NCBI GenBank assembly: GCA_030040865.1 | Contig: JASHSX010000082.1 | Location: 1 to 57,855, forward strand | Source of the DNA: Thermoplasmata archaeon | GTDB lineage: Archaea > Thermoplasmatota > Thermoplasmata > Lutacidiplasmatales > UBA184 | Reading direction: 5' to 3' | Length of the DNA stretch: 57,855 bases | Part shown: in pieces, positions 51,765 through 57,855 of the stretch | How positions within the stretch are numbered: the stretch's first letter is position 1 | Layout of the letters: each line of letters starts with the position of its first letter | Made by a program: the position numbers and the translations under genes | The notes under the pieces: generated by a model | Database searches by the model: none | What the model was told of the DNA's origin: nothing | The model's input: only the letters and a program-made list of their open reading frames with translations

Positions 51765-51804
51765 CCGTCGGTCGTCGTCCACGGTGCATAGAGCGGGCGC
51801 ACCG

Positions 51805-53037
51805 ATGAGCCGACCGAAGGTGGTGCTCGCCTATTCCGGCGGGCTCGATACATCCGTGGCCATCCCCTGGCTCTCGGAGAAGGGGATGGACGTGGTCTCC
51901 GTCACCGTCGACGTGGGCCAACCGGTCGATCTCGAGGCGGTCCGACGGAAGGCCGAGGCCTCCGGGGCGGTCACGGCCTATGTGGCGGACGCCCGCCGGG
52001 AGTTCGCCGAGGAGTTCCTCGCGCCCGCGCTGCGGGCGAACGCCCTCTACGAAGGGATCTATCCGCTCAGCACGGCGCTCGCCCGGCCGCTGATCGCGCG
52101 CCACTTGGTCGAGGTCGCTCGACGGGAGGGGGCCACGTTCGTCGCGCACGGGTGCACCGGCAAGGGGAACGACCAGGTCCGATTCGACCTCTCGACGACG
52201 AGCCTCGCCCCCGAGCTCGAGGTGATTGCCCCCGCCCGGGAGTGGAAGATGACCCGGGAGGAGGAGATCGTCTACGCGAAGGCGCACGGGATCCCGGTCG
52301 AAGCGACCAAGACCTCACCCTACAGCACGGACGAGAACCTGTGGGGGCGGTCCGTCGAGTGCGGCGTGCTCGAGGATCCCGCGATCGAGCCCCCCGAAGA
52401 GGTGTACGGCTGGACGCGGTCGCCGACCGAGGCGCCCGAGACCCCGACCGCCGTCACGATCGGGTTCGAGCAGGGTATCCCGACGTCGCTCGACGGGAAC
52501 CGGGCCCCGTTCCACGAGATCGTCCTCGCGCTCAACCAGCTGGGCGGTCGCCACGGCGTGGGCCGGATCGATCACGTCGAGTCGCGGGTCGTGGGGATCA
52601 AATCGCGCGAGGTCTACGAGTGCCCGGCCGCGGTCGTTCTCATCGGCGCCCATCAGGCGCTCGAATCCCTCGTCGGGCCCCGGGACGTCCTCGACTTCAA
52701 GCGCGGGGTGGAGCAGCGGTACGCCCAGCTCATCTACGACGGCCTATGGTTCGCGCCGCTCCGGACCGCGCTCGATGCTTTCGTCCGCTCCACGCAGGAG
52801 CGGGTGACGGGCGAGGTCACCGTCAAGTTGTACAAGGGGTCGGCCCGCGTGACGGGGCGGCGCTCCCCGTACTCCCTCTACCAGCAGACGCTCGCCACGT
52901 ACTCCACCGGCGACCGCTTCCGACAGGAGATGTCGGAGGGGTTCATCTACGTCTGGGGACTCCCCGCCCGGACCTGGACCGCCATCGGGACGCAGCCGAC
53001 CGCGCTCACGAGCCGCGCCGCGAAGTATCGCGCCTAG
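51805..53037 (+). CDS. argG: argininosuccinate synthase
   Basis: ATG 51805 (MSRPKVVLAYSGGLDTS). AHGCTGKGNDQVRF motif. Confidence 0.9.
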   Translation: MSRPKVVLAYSGGLDTSVAIPWLSEKGMDVVSVTVDVGQPVDLEAVRRKAEASGAVTAYVADARREFAEEFLAPALRANALYEGIYPLSTALARPLIARHLVEVARREGATFVAHGCTGKGNDQVRFDLSTTSLAPELEVIAPAREWKMTREEEIVYAKAHGIPVEATKTSPYSTDENLWGRSVECGVLEDPAIEPPEEVYGWTRSPTEAPETPTAVTIGFEQGIPTSLDGNRAPFHEIVLALNQLGGRHGVGRIDHVESRVVGIKSREVYECPAAVVLIGAHQALESLVGPRDVLDFKRGVEQRYAQLIYDGLWFAPLRTALDAFVRSTQERVTGEVTVKLYKGSARVTGRRSPYSLYQQTLATYSTGDRFRQEMSEGFIYVWGLPARTWTAIGTQPTALTSRAAKYRA

Positions 53038-53053
53038 AGCCGGCCCCACCGCC

Positions 53054-54484
53054 ATGGCGACCACGAAATCCGGGGACCCTCCGTCGTACGTGATCACGCC
53101 GACGTCGGAGTTCCTGAGCTCGCTCGAGGTCGACCGGCCGCTGCTCCGGTACGACCTCGCGGGCAGCGTCGCGCACGCCCGGATGCTCGGCGAGGTCGGG
53201 CTTCTCGCCCCCGACGAGGTCCGCGCACTCGAGTCGGGTCTGCGGGCCGTCGATCTCGAGGCCCGGACGGGCACTTTTCCCTGGCGGAGCGAGCTCGAGG
53301 ACGTCCATACCAACGTGGAGGTACGTCTCACCGAGCTCGCGGGGCCGGTCGCCGGAAAACTGCACACCGGGCGGAGTCGGAACGACCAGGTCGCCCTCGA
53401 CGAACGGCTGTATCTGCGGGCCACCGTGCACGACCTCGCCGGGCGTCTGGTTCGACTGGAGGAAGCGCTGCTCCGCCGGGCGACCGAGGAACGGTCGACA
53501 CCGATCCCGGGCTACACGCACCTCCAGCGCGCCCAACTGGTCACGGTGGCGCACGTCCTCCTGGCGCACTTCTGGCGGTTCGAGCGCGATCTCGACCGGC
53601 TGTGGGCGACCGCGGCTCGGGCGAACGTCTCCCCGCTCGGCGCCGGGGCGCTCGCGGGCTCGACGTTGCCCCTCGACCCTGCGCGCACGGCCCAGGAGCT
53701 CGGCTTCGACCGATCGTTCGAGAATTCCCTCGACGCGGTGAGCGACCGGGACCCCCTCGCGGAGCTCCTGTTCGACCTCGCCCTCTTCGCCGTGCACGCG
53801 AGCGCGCTCGGCGAGGAGATCGTCCTGTACGCCTCGAAGGAGTTCGGCTACCTCGAGCGGTCCCCCGTCCTGGGCTCCGGCAGCAGCTTGATGCCGCAGA
53901 AGCGGAACCCCGACGCGGCCGAACTGGTGCGCGGGAAGGCCGGGCGGTCGATCGGCGACCTGGTCGCGCTCCTGACCGTCCTCAAGGGGCTGCCGCTCGC
54001 CTACGACCGGGACCTCCAGGAGGACAAGGCGCCGGTGCTGGACGCCGTCCGTACCGCGACCGCGGTGCTCGACGCCCTCGGCGACCTCGTCGGGGGGATC
54101 CGGTTCGATGCGGAGCGGCTCGGGCTCGCGGCCCGGGACCCCGAGCTCCTCGCCACCGACGTCGCCGAGGCCCTGGTCCGCCACGGAACCCCGTTCCGTG
54201 CCGCCCACGAGGCCGTCGGCGCTCACTTTCGTGCGGGGTCCGATCCGGCGGACCTGACTCCGCTGCGCCGCTCCTTCCCTTCGGCCGCCCCGGAGCTGGA
54301 CGCGGTCCGCGATCCCGCGACCGCGGTCGCCCGGCGGCGGACCTCCGGGGGCCCGGCCCCCGACGCGGTCGCGCAGCAGCTCGAGCTCGCGCGCGCCCGC
54401 CTCGCCGCCCACGCGGCGTCCCTCTCCTCGCTCGGCCGGAAGGTCGGGCTCGTCGAGGAGCTCTTGAACGAGGAAGAAAAATGA
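53054..54484 (+). CDS. argH: argininosuccinate lyase
   Basis: ATG 53054. GYTHLQRAQ and the fumarate-lyase signature GSSLMPQKRNP. Confidence 0.9.
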   Translation: MATTKSGDPPSYVITPTSEFLSSLEVDRPLLRYDLAGSVAHARMLGEVGLLAPDEVRALESGLRAVDLEARTGTFPWRSELEDVHTNVEVRLTELAGPVAGKLHTGRSRNDQVALDERLYLRATVHDLAGRLVRLEEALLRRATEERSTPIPGYTHLQRAQLVTVAHVLLAHFWRFERDLDRLWATAARANVSPLGAGALAGSTLPLDPARTAQELGFDRSFENSLDAVSDRDPLAELLFDLALFAVHASALGEEIVLYASKEFGYLERSPVLGSGSSLMPQKRNPDAAELVRGKAGRSIGDLVALLTVLKGLPLAYDRDLQEDKAPVLDAVRTATAVLDALGDLVGGIRFDAERLGLAARDPELLATDVAEALVRHGTPFRAAHEAVGAHFRAGSDPADLTPLRRSFPSAAPELDAVRDPATAVARRRTSGGPAPDAVAQQLELARARLAAHAASLSSLGRKVGLVEELLNEEEK

Positions 54485-54642
54485 CCCAGTGCCCCGAGTG
54501 CGAAGCGATCGTCGAAAGCCACGACATGGTGTTGGGGGAAGTGTTCCCCTGCCCGGACTGCGGTACCGAGCTCGAAGTGCTCGGCACGGACCCGTTCGCG
54601 GTCCAGCCCGCCCCGAAAGAGGCCGAGGACTGGGGTGAGTGA
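54481..54642 (+). CDS. lysW: amino-group carrier protein LysW/ArgW
   Basis: This 53-codon ORF is absent from the track. ATG 54481 overlaps the argH stop (ATGA). CPEC...CPDC zinc ribbon and the diagnostic acidic C-terminus EDWGE. Confidence 0.85.
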   Translation: MTQCPECEAIVESHDMVLGEVFPCPDCGTELEVLGTDPFAVQPAPKEAEDWGE

Positions 54643-55486
54643 CGGGTTCCGTCTCGGGATCTTCGTCACGATCATCCGCCCCGAGGAGAAGGGGATCCTG
54701 GCGGCGGCCGACGCCCGCGGGATCCCGGTCCAACGGTACGACGACGGCGCGGTAACGTTCGGCCTCGAGCGCCCCGAGGCGCTCCCCGACGTCCTCCTGA
54801 ACCGCTCGGTGAGCCACACCCGGTCCGTCTACGCGACGCGCTGCTTCGCCCACTACGGCGTCCCGACGGTGAACGCGCCCGAGGTCGTGGAGCTCGCCGG
54901 CGACAAGATCCTCGCGACCCTCCGCCTCGCCGAGCGGGGGGTCCCCGTGCCCCGCACCGAGATCGCCCTCGACGCCGAGGCGGCGATGACGGCGCTCGAT
55001 CGGATCGGGTACCCGGCCGTCCTCAAACCGGCGGTCGGCTCGTGGGGTCGCCTCATGGCGAAGGTCGACACCCCGGAGGCGGCCCAGCAGATCCTGGAGC
55101 ACAAGGTCGCCCTCGGCGCGCCGATCCACTCCGTCTTCTACGTCCAGGAGTACGTCACGAAACCGGACCGGGACCTGCGCGCCTTCGTGGTCGGCAGCGA
55201 GGTCGTCGCCGCGATGTACCGGCGATCGACCGAATGGCGCACCAACGCGGCGCGCGGGGCCGTCACCGAGGCGGCGGCGCTCTCGCCGGAGCTCGACGAG
55301 CTCGCGCGGCGGGCCGCAGAGGCGGTCGGGGGCGGGGTACTGGCGGTCGACATGCTCGAGTCGCCGCGGGGGCCGCTCGTGCTCGAAGTGAACCCGACCC
55401 CGGAGTTCAAGGCCCTGACCGGGGCGACCGGAGCCGACATCGCGGGCCGGATCGTCGACTACGCGGTCCAGGTCGGACGACGATGA
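54635..55486 (+). CDS. lysX: LysX/ArgX RimK-type ATP-grasp ligase
   Basis: GTG 54635 overlaps lysW by 8 nt. ATP-grasp layout (GYPAVLKPAVGSWGR, YVQEY, LAVDMLE). Confidence 0.8.
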   Translation: MSDGFRLGIFVTIIRPEEKGILAAADARGIPVQRYDDGAVTFGLERPEALPDVLLNRSVSHTRSVYATRCFAHYGVPTVNAPEVVELAGDKILATLRLAERGVPVPRTEIALDAEAAMTALDRIGYPAVLKPAVGSWGRLMAKVDTPEAAQQILEHKVALGAPIHSVFYVQEYVTKPDRDLRAFVVGSEVVAAMYRRSTEWRTNAARGAVTEAAALSPELDELARRAAEAVGGGVLAVDMLESPRGPLVLEVNPTPEFKALTGATGADIAGRIVDYAVQVGRR

Positions 55487-56508
55487 AGGCGTCGGTCGTC
55501 GGCGGTTCCGGCTATGTCGGCGGGGAGCTCCTCCGCCTCCTGCTCGGCCACCCGGACGTCGAGGTCGGCCAGGTCACCTCCGACTCGATGGCGGGCAAGT
55601 CGATCGCGCGGGCCCACCCGAACTTGCGGGGGGCATCCGATCGGCGCTTCGTCCCGCGGTCGGCGCTCGAGCCGGCGGACGTCACGTTCGTCGCGGTCCC
55701 CCACGGCGAAGCGATGGAGGAGGTGCCCGCCCTGCTCGCCGCGGGCGGGATCGTCATCGACCTCTCGGCGGATCACCGGCTCCGGAACGCGGCCGGGTAC
55801 CCGGAATACTACCACCGCGACCATCCGCACCCCGAGCTGCTCGCCCGCAGCGTCCTCGGACTCCCCGAGCTTCACCGAGAGGCCCTCCGCACCGCGGACC
55901 TCATCGCCGTGCCCGGCTGCATCGCCACCGCGTCGATCCTGGCGCTCCGGCCCCTCGTGACGGCCGGCCTCATCGACTCCCAGCGCGTCGTCATCGATGC
56001 GAAGAGCGGTTCGTCGGCGAGCGGGCGCGACGCGGGACCGGCCGGCCAGCACGCCGAGCGCTCCGGCGTCATGCGGGCCTACGCTCCCGCCGGCCACCGC
56101 CACACCGCCGAGATCGAGCAGGAGACGGGGGCCCGGGTCGCCCTCTCGTGCCACGCGGTCGAAGCGGTGCGAGGCGTGCTCGCGACGGTCCACGGATTCG
56201 CGTCCCGGCCGGTCGACGAGAAGGAGCTGTGGCGTACGTATCGCGCCGCCTACGGCGGGGAGCCGTTCGTCCGCATCGTCCACGAGGCCGACGGGATCCA
56301 TCGGGAACCGGAGCCGAAGATCCTCGCCGGGACGAACTTCTGCGAGCTCGGGTTCGCCGTGGACCCGCACGCCGGACGGATCGTGGCGCTCGCCGCGCTC
56401 GACAATCTCATGAAGGGCGCGGCCGGGAACGCGGTCCAGTGCCTCAACGTGCGGGCGGGCTTCCCCGAGACCCGGGGACTCGAATTCCCCGGGCTCCACC
56501 CGATCTAG
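55483..56508 (+). CDS. lysY: LysY/ArgC N-acyl-gamma-phosphate reductase
   Basis: ATG 55483 overlaps the lysX stop (ATGA). GGSGYVGGELLRLL and active-site VPGCIATAS. Confidence 0.85.
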   Translation: MKASVVGGSGYVGGELLRLLLGHPDVEVGQVTSDSMAGKSIARAHPNLRGASDRRFVPRSALEPADVTFVAVPHGEAMEEVPALLAAGGIVIDLSADHRLRNAAGYPEYYHRDHPHPELLARSVLGLPELHREALRTADLIAVPGCIATASILALRPLVTAGLIDSQRVVIDAKSGSSASGRDAGPAGQHAERSGVMRAYAPAGHRHTAEIEQETGARVALSCHAVEAVRGVLATVHGFASRPVDEKELWRTYRAAYGGEPFVRIVHEADGIHREPEPKILAGTNFCELGFAVDPHAGRIVALAALDNLMKGAAGNAVQCLNVRAGFPETRGLEFPGLHPI

Positions 56509-56516
56509 CGGGTCCG

Positions 56517-57311
56517 ATGACGATCGTAGTGAAGGTCGGGGGCGCCGCGGGGAACGCGGTCGCCCCCGTCCTCGAGAACCTCGCGCGCCGCACCGACTGG
56601 GTGCTGGTGCACGGGGGCTCCGACGAGGTCGACCGCCTGGGGGAGTCCCTCGGGCGGCCGTCCGAATACTACACGTCGCCGAGCGGGGTCGTCTCGCGGA
56701 AGAGCGACCCTGCCCACCTCGAGGTCCTCGTGATGGCCCTCGCCGGCACCGTCCAGACCCGGCTCGTCGCCGCGCTCGCGGGACTGGGGGTCCGCGCGGT
56801 GGGTCTCTCGGGGGTCGACGGCGGCCTCCTCACGGCCCGTCGGAAGGAGGGGTCTCGGGCCGTGGTCGACGGACGGGTGACCGTCGTGAAGGACGACCGG
56901 TCCGGCACGATCGAACGCGTGGGGGCCGACCTCCTCCGACTGCTCCTCAACGCCGGTCTGGCACCGGTCGTCGGACCGCCCGCGGTCACCGCCACCGGTG
57001 AGGTCGTCAACGTCGACGCGGACCGGGCTGCCTCGTCGATCGCGGTCGACCTCCGGGCCGAGGCGCTCCTGCTTCTCACGAACGTCCCCGGTCTCCTTCG
57101 CGACCCGAAGGATCCGGCCACGCTGATCGAGCGTGTTCCCCGGGACGGCGTCGACGCGGTCCTGCCGTTCGCGGCGGGACGGATGCGCAAGAAGGTGCTC
57201 GCCGCCCGCGATGCGCTCGTCGGGGCGGTGCCCCGGGTCGTCATCGGGAGTTCGAGCGGGCCCGACCCGGTCGACCGCGCGCTCAACGGTGCGGGCACGG
57301 TGTTCGCATGA
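56517..57311 (+). CDS. lysZ: LysZ/ArgB amino-acid kinase
   Basis: ATG 56517. IVVKVGG, LVHGGS and VNVDAD motifs of the acetylglutamate kinase family. Confidence 0.85.
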   Translation: MTIVVKVGGAAGNAVAPVLENLARRTDWVLVHGGSDEVDRLGESLGRPSEYYTSPSGVVSRKSDPAHLEVLVMALAGTVQTRLVAALAGLGVRAVGLSGVDGGLLTARRKEGSRAVVDGRVTVVKDDRSGTIERVGADLLRLLLNAGLAPVVGPPAVTATGEVVNVDADRAASSIAVDLRAEALLLLTNVPGLLRDPKDPATLIERVPRDGVDAVLPFAAGRMRKKVLAARDALVGAVPRVVIGSSSGPDPVDRALNGAGTVFA

Positions 57312-57855
57312 GCGGCGAGCGCCCCCGGGGCGGACGCGAGTTCGCGAACGCCGGCCAGCGGCCCATCGCGCTCGTCCGGGCCGACGGGGCGCTGCTGTTC
57401 GACGAGGGCGGCCGTCGCTACGTCGATCTCGGGGCGACGCACGGTGTCGGCAACCTGGGCGGATCCCCGCCCGAGGTCGTGCGCGCGATCGAGGCCCAGG
57501 CGCGAGAGCTCCTCTACTTGGGCAGTGGCTATCGATCCCCGGTCCGCGACCGGTTCCTGGAGCGATTGCTCGGCCTCCTCCCCCCGTCGTTCGGCCGGGT
57601 GTTCCTCTCCAATTCGGGCACGGAGGCGGTCGAGGCGGCGATCAAAATCGCCCGGGCCGCGACCGGCCGGACCGAGGTGGTGGCCGCGATGCGGGGCTTC
57701 CACGGCCGGACGCTGGGGTCGCTGAGCGCCACGTGGCGGAAGGAGCTCCGGGAGGGATTCGAGCCGCTCGTCCCGGGGTTCCGGCACGTTCCGTTCAACG
57801 ACGCCGCCGCGCTGGACGCGGCGGTGACCGATGCGACCGCCCTGATCCTCCTCGA
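57308..57855 (+). CDS. lysJ: LysJ/ArgD class III aminotransferase (3'-partial, runs off the window)
   Basis: ATG 57308 overlaps the lysZ stop (ATGA). Absent from the track because no stop is reached. LSNSGTEAVEAAIKIAR and GFHGRTLGSLS motifs. Confidence 0.8.
   Translation, partial: MSGERPRGGREFANAGQRPIALVRADGALLFDEGGRRYVDLGATHGVGNLGGSPPEVVRAIEAQARELLYLGSGYRSPVRDRFLERLLGLLPPSFGRVFLSNSGTEAVEAAIKIARAATGRTEVVAAMRGFHGRTLGSLSATWRKELREGFEPLVPGFRHVPFNDAAALDAAVTDATALILL

Noticed and set aside
1-57855. A search for CRISPR arrays, rRNA genes, transposases, and toxin-antitoxin or restriction-modification pairs.
   Set aside because: By eye I saw no regularly spaced 25-40 nt repeats, no rRNA-like conserved stretches, and no DDE/HUH/integrase-like ORFs. 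A computational repeat and HMM scan would be needed to be certain.

Overview
This is a densely packed, high-GC archaeal chromosome segment. Hand counts of sampled lines give about 63-70% G+C, but only about 59% in the first 420 nt. I call 65 protein-coding genes: one is 3'-partial at the right edge and one may be 5'-partial at the left edge. I also call one tRNA-Gly(GCC). I saw no rRNA, CRISPR array, transposase or integrase. Archaeal origin is inferred from ribosomal protein L40e, a LysW carrier-protein pathway, geranylgeranyl reductase with a partner ferredoxin, archease, a Pcc1/KEOPS subunit and a thermopsin-like protease. It is also supported by A/T-rich TATA-like boxes about 25-30 nt upstream of many first-gene start codons. 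Thermopsin hints at a Thermoplasmatota or thermoacidophile-like lineage, but that is inference only. Main blocks, left to right: RIO kinase and a roughly 1000-aa secreted thermopsin/beta-helix protein; assorted hydrolases and small-molecule enzymes (4.5-15 kb); an ABC-2 exporter; tRNA-Gly; TrmI; a five-gene DUF4129/DUF58/MoxR membrane module (22.8-27.2 kb); serA plus a class V aminotransferase; archease, a GT2 glycosyltransferase, L40e and AMMECR1. A 15-kb unidirectional minus-strand block follows: ileS, bactofilin-like, CoA-binding, CPBP protease, Pcc1, DUF1028, two orphans, GGR, ferredoxin, trxB, flavin reductase, a second ABC-2 exporter, and a GDE-like glycosidase with an orphan. The right end holds a divergent nikR/NiCoT nickel locus and argG-argH-lysW-lysX-lysY-lysZ-lysJ. 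I found no convincing defence island or mobile element, and most of the window looks like core genome. The items most worth follow-up are the uncharacterised DUF4129-DUF58-MoxR module (its moxR has no canonical start codon), short phased direct repeats in the nik and arg divergent promoters, the arg/LysW fusion operon, an orphan PD-(D/E)XK nuclease-like gene, an archaeal bactofilin-like gene, and several orphan ORFs translationally coupled to known genes. All family assignments rest on motif recognition by eye and need HMM or structure confirmation.
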